Of a stretch of 64,000 nt of DNA, positions 36,601 through 43,222 are shown in pieces. The position numbers and the translations under genes were made by a program. Under the pieces are notes generated by a model. That model worked only from the letters and a program-made list of their open reading frames with translations. It was not told where the DNA came from and made no database searches. The first letter of the stretch is position 1. Each line of letters starts with the position of its first letter. Source of the DNA: Pseudomonadota bacterium (GTDB taxonomy: Bacteria; Myxococcota_A; UBA9160; SZUA-336); the NCBI GenBank assembly GCA_021295775.1, contig JAGWBS010000002.1:31986-95985 (forward strand), in the 5' to 3' direction.

Positions 36601-36931
36601 AAGGCCTTCCCTCGGCGTCCAGGTCCACCCAGCGGTCGGGCCGGCCGTCGCCCGAGCGGTCCTCTTCGACGCGGATCTCCCGGCCGTCCTCGAAGAAGCG
36701 CCACTGGTCGACCCGGCCGTCGCGGTCGCCGTCCAGCTCGATGCGCTCGATCTCCCCGTCCAGGAAGTGGTCCCAGCGGTCGGGGGAGCCGTCCCCGTCG
36801 AGGTCCGCGACCTGCCGCAGAAGTTGTCCGGTCGCGGGGTCGAACTCGCGAACCACCCCCGCCCGGGCCAGGTCGGGCCCGAACGCCGACAGCAGCAGGC
36901 CAGCGGCGCAGGCCCGAGCGATCACGGGCAC
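33614..36931 (-). CDS. Giant secreted tandem-repeat protein (about 1105 aa, about 40 Dx[DN]xDG Ca-loop-like repeats, Cys-containing C-terminal region)
   Basis: Lies in the frame of track ORF 33614..38071, whose part upstream of 36931 overlaps tonB in another frame and is junk. Candidate starts are GTG at 36931 (VPVIARACAAGLLLSAFGPDLARAG, signal-like) or GTG at 36925 (GTGA overlap with the tonB stop). Repeat period is about 24-25 aa, e.g. EEDRSGDGRPDRWVDLDAEGRPSLQR / ERDTNADGAVDTWVEFAGGQRSVQR. Confidence 0.75.
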   Translation of the reverse strand: MPVIARACAAGLLLSAFGPDLARAGVVREFDPATGQLLRQVADLDGDGSPDRWDHFLDGEIERIELDGDRDGRVDQWRFFEDGREIRVEEDRSGDGRPDRWVDLDAEGRPSLQRDDSDFDGRPDTHLYFEAGVRTRLERDPDGNGKPNDVTLYRGDRVYQKWLDPDEDGRPEALSTFDAQGNKQLEEQDTTGDGELNLRIHYAEGLKIRTEEDTSGDGSPDRIGHYRGEALAREEVDVDHDGRHETLLFFRDGRRVRQERDADSDGRIEIAVHYDEREVRVREEIDSDADGVFDVWREYRDDALERETRDADGDGTADVDDRYRDGAKVASERDTNADGAVDTWVEFAGGQRSVQREDRDYDGRVDVEYDFLAGQLAEQREDSDGDGALELRTRFADGQPSEREQDRNADGRVDFTEKLRDGRPLQQFLDEDFDGRTDLWSFFEDGRMHKQERDTRGDGQPDQWVMLDPVSGEPQRVLEDTSGDGRVDTWTDYAGGARTRVETDTNGDGEPDRTARLSGELAAGLTEDRNFDGRVDYRAEYDAQGSIARDFSDEDFDGVFEAIVHYRRERRARVELDADGNGVPEVSTLYDDSGERRVREERDADGDGFAEAVSEFEAGRIARQMRDASGDGAFDQWTEFDAAGRPRLERVDTNGDGRTDAAKTYAQGIQTGQAEDRDFDGRDDHIGEFRHGVQVRLRSDTDFDGEFDSLSHYEDGRLARQESDLDGDGRFETVSHYLDGALSRVESDADADGRVDKIDLYAAGESEPREVRRDTDGDGRFDVRVYLEAGVELRQEHDTDADGRVDRWLDLAPDGKIALERRDTDANGEPDLSLVFDAAGEPRERIEDLDEDGEPERVTRFADGVAAELEEDRGAGCLDHRQRFSPDGQVVEDAVDSDGDCAYDTFTFLAGGEVRRVERDTNQNGWIDVWEHLEGGVKRIQAEARGSCTRPNIVFLFDGERIAAQEEDRNCNGLPDRLTRFDAEGNAQWRCTPRTRIEYEAGVIRVSVEDSSRDGYGDRRNLYEDGVPLRMEADTNADRRPDVWVDYAAGAPSVQAEDRDFDGRVDVRFDLASERAVEVDGEAAPTGTKEFGALSCGGFSDFWKR
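33725..36805 (-). repeat. Protein-level tandem repeat array (about 40 units of roughly 72-75 nt) inside the giant CDS; boundaries approximate
   Basis: By-eye enumeration of 40 clear and 3 degenerate units, each with E-x-D-x-[DN]-x-DG-x-x-D-x-[WF/aliphatic]...G. The units are divergent at the DNA level, so this is not a simple nucleotide repeat. Confidence 0.7.
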
Positions 36932-37977
36932 CGATCCGGATCCGGGCAACTTCCGTCTTGAGTGAAGATCAGGCGCATCGGCTTGTTCACGATGTAGTGG
37001 ATGCTCGTGGGCGGAGGCGGAAAGGGGCTGGCGTGCCGGAACGCCCGGCTGGCCGTCTCGCCCAGCAGCGTGTCGGTGATTCGCGCAACCTCCACGTCGT
37101 GCGCGGATCCGCCGCGGTCCAGCCGGAAGCTCAGCGTCACCTGGCCGTCGCCCAGTTCGGGGGGCACGGACCAGCGCTCGTACACGCGCCGGCGGATCCG
37201 CTCCAGGTACTCCACGCAGACGGGGTCGGCCATGCAGTCTCTCTGCTCTCCGACCAGCGCGCCGCGACGGCCCGCGCCGTCGAGCAGCGCCCGGGAATCC
37301 CCGACCTCGACGTCGGCCACGCGCGCGCCGATCACGTCGCCTTCGACGGCGTTGTCGGCGATCACTCCGCGCGCGACGTTCGGAGCCGAGACCAGCGCGG
37401 GGCGCGGGCTGACCTCGGGGGAAGCGGCCTCCATCAGCCTCGGGCCGCGGGTCGTCGGCGCGGCCCGCACGCGGGTGACCTCGGCGCTCGCGGCCCGGGG
37501 AATCCGCTTGGGCTGCGCCACGGGTCGCTCGGAGAATACGCTCAGCGCGCGGGCCTCGACCTGCATCCGGCGGGGAGAGGCGGTCACGGCGGTGCGCGTG
37601 ACTTCGGCGAGCTGGGTGCTTTCCAGCCGCTCGACCCGGCTCTTCTCCACGATCTCCGGCTGATGGGTCGGCCGGTGGCGGATCACGCTGGCGTCCGGCA
37701 CGCGCTGCGCGAGCCGCTTGCGCCGCAGCTCGGGCGGCTGGGGCACGGGCTCGGGCTCGAACACCCGCACCAGCACGACCTCCTCCCGGGGGAGAACCGC
37801 GCCCAGGATCACGTTCCAGAACGCCGCCAGCAGCGCCAGGTGCAGGCCGATCGACACCACTGCGATCGCCCAGCGGGGCACCCGCCCGCCGCGATCGTCG
37901 AGCGGGTCGTAGCGGGGGACGCTCGCGGCGATCTCCGGCCCGAGGGGGCCGCTGGCCAGGGGACTCGCGCTCGCCAT
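36922..37977 (-). CDS. tonB: TonB-family energy transducer
   Basis: 351 aa. N-terminal anchor RWAIAVVSIGLHLALLAAFW contains the SxxxH motif (SIGLH). Pro-rich stretch EPEPVPQPPE. C-terminal TonB_C-like domain: YLERIRRRVYERWSVPPELGDGQVTLSFRLDRGGSAHDVEVA...ASRAFRHASPFPPPP. Confidence 0.8.
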   Translation of the reverse strand: MASASPLASGPLGPEIAASVPRYDPLDDRGGRVPRWAIAVVSIGLHLALLAAFWNVILGAVLPREEVVLVRVFEPEPVPQPPELRRKRLAQRVPDASVIRHRPTHQPEIVEKSRVERLESTQLAEVTRTAVTASPRRMQVEARALSVFSERPVAQPKRIPRAASAEVTRVRAAPTTRGPRLMEAASPEVSPRPALVSAPNVARGVIADNAVEGDVIGARVADVEVGDSRALLDGAGRRGALVGEQRDCMADPVCVEYLERIRRRVYERWSVPPELGDGQVTLSFRLDRGGSAHDVEVARITDTLLGETASRAFRHASPFPPPPTSIHYIVNKPMRLIFTQDGSCPDPDRCP

Positions 37978-38291
37978 CGGAAAGTTTGGATTGCCTCTGC
38001 GTGCGTTCTGTTCGACCGTCGGTCCGGAATGCCGAACTCTCCGAAAGACCGCGCGGCCAGAAGCGGCTCAACCTAGAATCGCCCCGCCTTGCGTGTCAAC
38101 CCGAGCCGGGTCGTAACTGCTCGACAATTCAGCCAATTCGAGATTTCCAACGGAGCCGCGGAGGGGGCCGGGAGCCCGGGCCGGGTCGGGGCTCCGAGCG
38201 CCGCGCGAATTGTCCGCGGCTTGAACCGGAGCTCAGTTTCGGTTATCGTTCGCGGCCTGCGGCGTGTTCCTGGCGGCTAGTCGCACGTTTC

Positions 38292-39041
38292 ATGTGCACC
38301 CTGATCCTGCTGGACCGAGTCGTGCCCGGAATCCCCATTCTGGTCGCGGCAAACCGGGACGAATTCCTGTCGAGGCCCGCGGCTCCGCCCGCGGTCTTCC
38401 GTCCTGGGGGCCTGCCGGCCATCGCGGCACCCCAGGATCTCGAAGCCGGAGGGACATGGATGGGCGTCAACGCCGCGGGCCTGTTCGCGGGGCTCACCAA
38501 CCGCCCCGCGGAAAGCCGGGACGAAAGGCGACGCTCGAGGGGGCTGCTGGTGATGGACGCACTGGGGAGCCGGGACGTGGCGGAAGTCGAAGCGGGGCTC
38601 GGTGGAGACCCACACCGGCGCTACAACCCGTTCTTCCTGTTGAGCGCCGACGGCCGCCGCTGTTCGCTGGCGAGCGTGAGCGAGACCTTCACGCGCGTGC
38701 GGGCGCTGGAGCCCGGAGTGCACGTGGTCGGCAACGAGGACCCGAGCGATCCCGGCTCCGACAAGATCTCCCGGATCCGCTCGGACGCGGAGCGGAAGAT
38801 CGACCCGCAGGAGTCCTTCGAGGCGCTTTTCGCCGGACTGGTCGAGATCCTGGGCGGCCACGAACTCGATTCCGACCCGTTCCGGAACACCTGCGTGCAC
38901 ACCCCGGACTACGGTACGCGCTCCGCCGCGGTCCTGGCGCTGGGTCCGCGGGCCCGGGGCTACTGGGCGAGCGAAGGCCCTCCCTGCAAGACGAAGTTCA
39001 ACGACTACACCAGCCTGCTGGACGCTCTGCCGCAGGCCTGA
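38292..39041 (+). CDS. NRDE-family (TANGO2/DUF833-like) protein
   Basis: ATG at 38292 within track ORF 37986..39041. N-terminus MCTLILL...PILVAANRDEF has Cys2 and the NRDE motif that names the family. 249 aa. Confidence 0.8.
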   Translation: MCTLILLDRVVPGIPILVAANRDEFLSRPAAPPAVFRPGGLPAIAAPQDLEAGGTWMGVNAAGLFAGLTNRPAESRDERRRSRGLLVMDALGSRDVAEVEAGLGGDPHRRYNPFFLLSADGRRCSLASVSETFTRVRALEPGVHVVGNEDPSDPGSDKISRIRSDAERKIDPQESFEALFAGLVEILGGHELDSDPFRNTCVHTPDYGTRSAAVLALGPRARGYWASEGPPCKTKFNDYTSLLDALPQA

Positions 39042-39054
39042 CCCGAGGGAAGAC

Positions 39055-39375
39055 TTGAAGCGAATCGGAAGCAATCTGAGGCCTGCGGACCAGAAGCCGC
39101 AGCGCAATCTGACCAACATCATCGTCTACAGCGAGGACGAGAAGCCGCGCAACGACTACCCGGAGAAGATCATCTCCCCCGCGCTGCCGAAGTCCTGCTG
39201 CACGGACGAGAACCGCGAACTCGTCGGCAACACCAAGGAAGTCGACGGCTTCAAGTTCTGCTACAAGATCTGCCAGGTCTGCGGACACGCCGTGCGCTAC
39301 TTCTACCCGGCCGTCGAGACCAACGACGAAGCGGTTCGCGAGTACCGCGCCTGGAAGCGCTACATGGCGCAGTAG
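39055..39375 (+). CDS. Small Lys/Cys-containing hypothetical protein (possible zinc-ribbon)
   Basis: 106 aa. TTG start with GAGGGA 7 nt upstream, 13 nt after the NRDE stop. High GC3. Cysteines at KSCC...FCYKICQVCGH. Confidence 0.5.
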   Translation: MKRIGSNLRPADQKPQRNLTNIIVYSEDEKPRNDYPEKIISPALPKSCCTDENRELVGNTKEVDGFKFCYKICQVCGHAVRYFYPAVETNDEAVREYRAWKRYMAQ

Positions 39376-39433
39376 GCGGGGCCCGCCCGCGCTGGCGCCG
39401 GGCGAGACGGACCCGCGGCGCGGAGCGGGGCGC

Positions 39434-40762
39434 ATGCTCGAAACTCTGCGGGAAGCCGAACGCTACCTCGACGGGCTGATCGACCTGGAGCGCCGGGCCG
39501 ACTTCGATTACGAGTCGCTGGGCCTGGCGCGCATCGAGGCGCTGCTGGCCGCGATCGGCGAGCCGCAGAAGGGTCTGGCGTGCGTGCACGTGGCGGGCTC
39601 GAAGGGCAAGGGCGCGACGACCCTCGCCGGCGCCGCTCTGCTGCGCGCCGCCGGCCGGCGCAGCGGCAGCTTCACCTCGCCGCATCTGGAGAGCTGGCGG
39701 GAGCGCTTTCAGATCGACGGCGAGCCGGTCGGCGAAGCGACCCTGCTGGCCGGCCTGAGGCGCATCCGGCCGGCCGTCGACCGCCTGCGGGCCGACCCCC
39801 GGCTGCGGCCGAGCTTCTTCGACGTCAGCACCGCGCTGGCCCTGGAGCTGTTCCGGGACGCGGGGATCGAGTGGGCGGCCGTCGAGGTGGGTCTCGGGGG
39901 GCGGCTCGATTCGACCAACCGGGTCGAGTCGCGCGTCTCGGTGATCACCGGCATTCAGCTGGAGCACACCGACAAGCTCGGCTCCACGCTGTCCCGGATC
40001 GCGCGCGAGAAGGCGGGCATCCTGCGCCGGGGCGTGCCGGCCGTGGTCGGGCCGCTGGAGCCCGAGGCCCGACGGACGATCGAGGGGCGAGCCCGCGAGC
40101 TGGGAATCCGCCTGCGGCACGTGCCCGCCCCCGAAGTGCGCGCCACGCCCGAAGGCCTGAGCTTTCGCCTGGCCGATGGACGGCCGCTGTCGGTCCCGCT
40201 GCTGGGAGCTCACCAGGCGCTGAATCTGGCCCTGGCCGTGGAGTCGGTGGAAACCGCGCTGGAGCGCCGCCTCGATGCGCGGGAGCTGGACGCGCTGCGC
40301 GGCCTCTCGCTGCCCGCGCGCATCGAACGGATGGGCGGCGCGATCCTGGACTGCTCGCACACGCCGGACTCGGTGCGGGCGCTGCGGCGCGCGCTCGATG
40401 ACGCCTGGCCCGGCCGGCGCTGGACGCTGGGCCTGTGCGTCTCCCGCGACAAGGACGTCGACCGCATGCTCGCCGAACTCGCTCCGCGGGTGCGCGCCTG
40501 CGTGGTCAGCGCCGCCGAGCCCACCCGCTCCCTGGACCCCCACGAGCTGGCGGAGCGGGCGCGGGCGGCGGGGATCGAAACCGTGCACGTCGAGCCGGAC
40601 CCGCTCGAGGCGCTGCGGCGGACCCGCGATTCGGCCCGTCCGGACGAGCTGGTCGTGCTGACGGGTTCGGTCTATTTCGCGGGGGCGGTCCGCGCCGAAC
40701 TGCGCCGGCTCTCCAGTGCCGGGGAGGCCGAAAGCGGCTCTCCCGCGGGGGGCGATCGGTAA
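39434..40762 (+). CDS. folC: Bifunctional folylpolyglutamate synthase / dihydrofolate synthase
   Basis: 442 aa. Has HVAGSKGKGAT P-loop, TSPHLESWRERF, and Mur-ligase middle and C-terminal domains. Confidence 0.85.
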   Translation: MLETLREAERYLDGLIDLERRADFDYESLGLARIEALLAAIGEPQKGLACVHVAGSKGKGATTLAGAALLRAAGRRSGSFTSPHLESWRERFQIDGEPVGEATLLAGLRRIRPAVDRLRADPRLRPSFFDVSTALALELFRDAGIEWAAVEVGLGGRLDSTNRVESRVSVITGIQLEHTDKLGSTLSRIAREKAGILRRGVPAVVGPLEPEARRTIEGRARELGIRLRHVPAPEVRATPEGLSFRLADGRPLSVPLLGAHQALNLALAVESVETALERRLDARELDALRGLSLPARIERMGGAILDCSHTPDSVRALRRALDDAWPGRRWTLGLCVSRDKDVDRMLAELAPRVRACVVSAAEPTRSLDPHELAERARAAGIETVHVEPDPLEALRRTRDSARPDELVVLTGSVYFAGAVRAELRRLSSAGEAESGSPAGGDR

Positions 40763-40845
40763 CGCGCCGGTCTCTCGAGGGGCGCGCCGGGCGGCTTGAT
40801 TCGCCCGCCGGCACCCGCTCTAATGGCGACCTCCGAGGGCGATCC

Positions 40846-41961
40846 ATGAACTTCGACTTCTCCGACGAACAGAAGCTGCTGCAGAAGACCGCGCGCGACT
40901 TCCTGCAGGAGCATTCCCCGCTGGCGGTGTGCCGCCGGGTGCTGGAGTCGGACGACGAGCTCTACGCCGAGGATCTCTGGAGCGGGGCGGCGGAGATGGG
41001 TTGGCAGGGCGCGGCCATTCCCGAGGAGTTCGGCGGGGCGGGGTTCGGCTACCTGGAGCTAGTACTGATCGCCGAAGAGATGGGCCGCGCGCTGGCGCCG
41101 ATCCCTTTCGGCTCGTCCGTGTATCTGGCGACCGAGGCGATCCTGGCCGCAGGCGGCGACGAGCAGAAGAAGCGCTGCCTGCCGGAGTTGGCCTCCGGGC
41201 GATGGATCGGGGCCCTGGCCCTGGCCGAGCGCCCGGGACGTCCCGACCCCGCCCGGATCGAGACGCGCCTGGAAGGCGGTCGGTTGACCGGCACGAAGCG
41301 GGCCGTCCCGGACGCCGCCGCCGCGAACCGCGCCGTGGTGCTGGCCGCCGCGCCGGAGGGCCCGGCGCTGGCGCTGGTCGACCTGGACGGAGAGGGCGTC
41401 TCGCGCGAAGTCCTCGCGAGCCTGGACCCGTCGCGCCCGGGGGCGACGCTGCGCTTCGACGCGGCGCCCGCCGAGCCGCTGGGCCCGGCCGGTGGCGGTT
41501 GGGAGATCCTGGAGCGGGTGCTGCGGCGGGCGGCCGTGCTGCAGGCCTTCGAACAGCTCGGCGGCGCCGCGCGCGCGCTGGAGATCACGCGCGACTTCAC
41601 GCTGGGCCGTTACGCCTTCGGGCGGCCGATCGCCTCGTTCCAGGCGCTCAAGCACCGCCTGGCGGACGTCTACGTGGCCGTCGAGCTGGCGCGCTCCAAC
41701 TGCTTCTACGGCGCCTGGGCGCTGGAACAGGAGGCCCCGGAGTTGGGCGAGGCCGCCTGCAGCGCCCGCGTGAGCGCGACCGACGCCTTCGAGCTGGCCA
41801 CCACCGAAATGATCCAGATGCACGGCGGCGTGGGCTACACCTGGGAATACGACTGCCACCTCTTCTACCGCCGCGCCAAGTGGCTCGCCGCCAGCCTGGG
41901 AGGCGCCGCCGACTGGCGCGACCGCCTGGTCGGCGAGCTGACCGCCGGCGGCGGCGCCTGA
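40846..41961 (+). CDS. Acyl-CoA dehydrogenase family protein (small subunit-like; canonical catalytic Glu positions not evident)
   Basis: ATG at 40846 within track ORF 40435..41961. N-terminus MNFDFSDEQKLLQKTARDF. Has ACAD middle and C-terminal domains (IQMHGGVGYTWEYDCHLFYRRAK). 371 aa. Confidence 0.8.
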   Translation: MNFDFSDEQKLLQKTARDFLQEHSPLAVCRRVLESDDELYAEDLWSGAAEMGWQGAAIPEEFGGAGFGYLELVLIAEEMGRALAPIPFGSSVYLATEAILAAGGDEQKKRCLPELASGRWIGALALAERPGRPDPARIETRLEGGRLTGTKRAVPDAAAANRAVVLAAAPEGPALALVDLDGEGVSREVLASLDPSRPGATLRFDAAPAEPLGPAGGGWEILERVLRRAAVLQAFEQLGGAARALEITRDFTLGRYAFGRPIASFQALKHRLADVYVAVELARSNCFYGAWALEQEAPELGEAACSARVSATDAFELATTEMIQMHGGVGYTWEYDCHLFYRRAKWLAASLGGAADWRDRLVGELTAGGGA

Positions 41962-41976
41962 CCGGACGGGACATCC

Positions 41977-43194
41977 ATGGACTTCAACGATACGTCGGAA
42001 GAAGCCGCGTTCCGGGCCGAGGCCCGCGCGTTCCTGGAAGCGCACGTTGCGCCGCTCGAGCCGGGCCAGCGCGCCTCGTTCGAGACCGAAGACCCACAGA
42101 CGGTCGAGGCCGCCCAGCACTGGCAGGCGCTCAAGAAGGACAACGGCTGGGCGTGCCTGACCTGGCCCGTCGAGTACGGCGGGCGCGGCGCGCGGCCGAT
42201 CGAGTCGGTGATCTGGAACCAGGAAGAGGCGCGCTTCCGGGTTCCGCCCAATATCTTCGGCATCGGGATCGGCATGCTCGGCCCCACGCTGATGGCGCAC
42301 GGAACGCCGGAGCAGCGCGAGCGCTACCTGCAGAAGATGGCGCGCGGCGACGAGATCTGGTGCCAGCTTTTCAGCGAGCCCGGCGCGGGTTCGGACCTGG
42401 CCGGCCTGCAGACCTCGGCCGTCCGCGACGGCGGGGACTGGCGGATCAACGGCCAGAAGATCTGGACCAGCGGCGCCCACTTCTGCCGCTGGGGGATGAT
42501 CGTCACCCGCACCGACCCGACCGCCGAGAAGCACGACGGGCTGACCTACTTCATCGTCGACATGAAGGCGCCGGGCGTCGAGATCCGGCCGATCCGGCAG
42601 ATCAACGGCGGGGCGAACTTCAACCAGGTGTTCTTCAGCGATGTGCGCGTTCCCGACGCGAACCGGGTGGACGCGGTGGGCAACGGCTGGCGCGTGTCCA
42701 TGACCACGCTGCTGAACGAGCGCGCCTCGGTGGGCGGCGCCGGGGGCGGCGGCCTCGGCGTGCGCGACCTGATCCGGCTGGCCGGCCAACTCGAGATCGA
42801 CGGCCGTCCGGCGCTCGAGGACTCGCACGTGCGCCAGCGCATCGCCGACTTCTACGTGCGGCTGCGCGGCGTGCAGCACACCGGCAACCGCACGCTGACG
42901 GCGCTCTCCCGCGGCCAGACCCCGGGGCCGGAGGCGTCGATCAGCAAACTGGTCACCGCGCCCCTGGCCCAGCAACTGGCCAGCTTCGCGATTGAACTGC
43001 AGAGCCTCGCGGGCGGAGAGATGGCCGCTTCGGGTTTCCAGGACGGCTACCTCGGCAGCCCCGGAATGCGCATCGCCGCGGGTACCGACGAGATCCTGCG
43101 CAACATCCTGGCGGAGCGCGTGCTGGGACTGCCCCGCGAACCGCGCATGGACAAGGGCATCCCCTTCAAGGACATCCCCACGGGCACCGCCTGA
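41977..43194 (+). CDS. Acyl-CoA dehydrogenase family protein
   Basis: 405 aa. Has WCQLFSEPGAGSDLAGL, KIWTSGAH and C-terminal RIAAGTDEILRNILAERVLGLP. Starts 15 nt after the preceding ACAD. Confidence 0.85.
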   Translation: MDFNDTSEEAAFRAEARAFLEAHVAPLEPGQRASFETEDPQTVEAAQHWQALKKDNGWACLTWPVEYGGRGARPIESVIWNQEEARFRVPPNIFGIGIGMLGPTLMAHGTPEQRERYLQKMARGDEIWCQLFSEPGAGSDLAGLQTSAVRDGGDWRINGQKIWTSGAHFCRWGMIVTRTDPTAEKHDGLTYFIVDMKAPGVEIRPIRQINGGANFNQVFFSDVRVPDANRVDAVGNGWRVSMTTLLNERASVGGAGGGGLGVRDLIRLAGQLEIDGRPALEDSHVRQRIADFYVRLRGVQHTGNRTLTALSRGQTPGPEASISKLVTAPLAQQLASFAIELQSLAGGEMAASGFQDGYLGSPGMRIAAGTDEILRNILAERVLGLPREPRMDKGIPFKDIPTGTA

Positions 43195-43222
43195 ACCGGG
43201 TTCCGGGTTAGGCTGGTCCGGC

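Noticed and set aside
33725-36805. Periodic structure considered as a possible CRISPR array or nucleotide tandem repeat
   Set aside because: The periodicity is at the protein level only, within one uninterrupted ORF. The units are divergent in DNA, there is no repeat-spacer alternation, and there are no cas genes.
33540-36961. Long alternate-frame ORFs inside the repeat-protein gene (33540..35615 minus, 34292..36961 plus, 34276..35094 plus)
   Set aside because: They give R/G/P-rich or V/A/G-rich featureless translations. The chosen frame yields a regular 24-25-aa Dx[DN]xDG repeat and a signal peptide.
36932-38071. Upstream extension of the 1485-aa track ORF 33614..38071
   Set aside because: This portion overlaps the TonB gene, which has a convincing anchor, Pro-rich and TonB_C organisation, in a different frame. 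It also translates to Arg/Pro/Gly-rich sequence. The repeat protein most plausibly starts at the GTG at 36931 or 36925.
38262-38280. TGGCGGCTAGTCGCA upstream of the NRDE gene as a sigma-54 promoter
   Set aside because: The GG to GC spacing is one base short of the canonical -24/-12 arrangement, and it is too close to the start codon.
37978-38291. 314-nt, less GC-rich intergenic region examined for an ncRNA, riboswitch or repeat element
   Set aside because: I could see no conserved-looking structure, repeat or recognisable promoter consensus. It most likely just holds the divergent promoters for the tonB operon and the NRDE gene.
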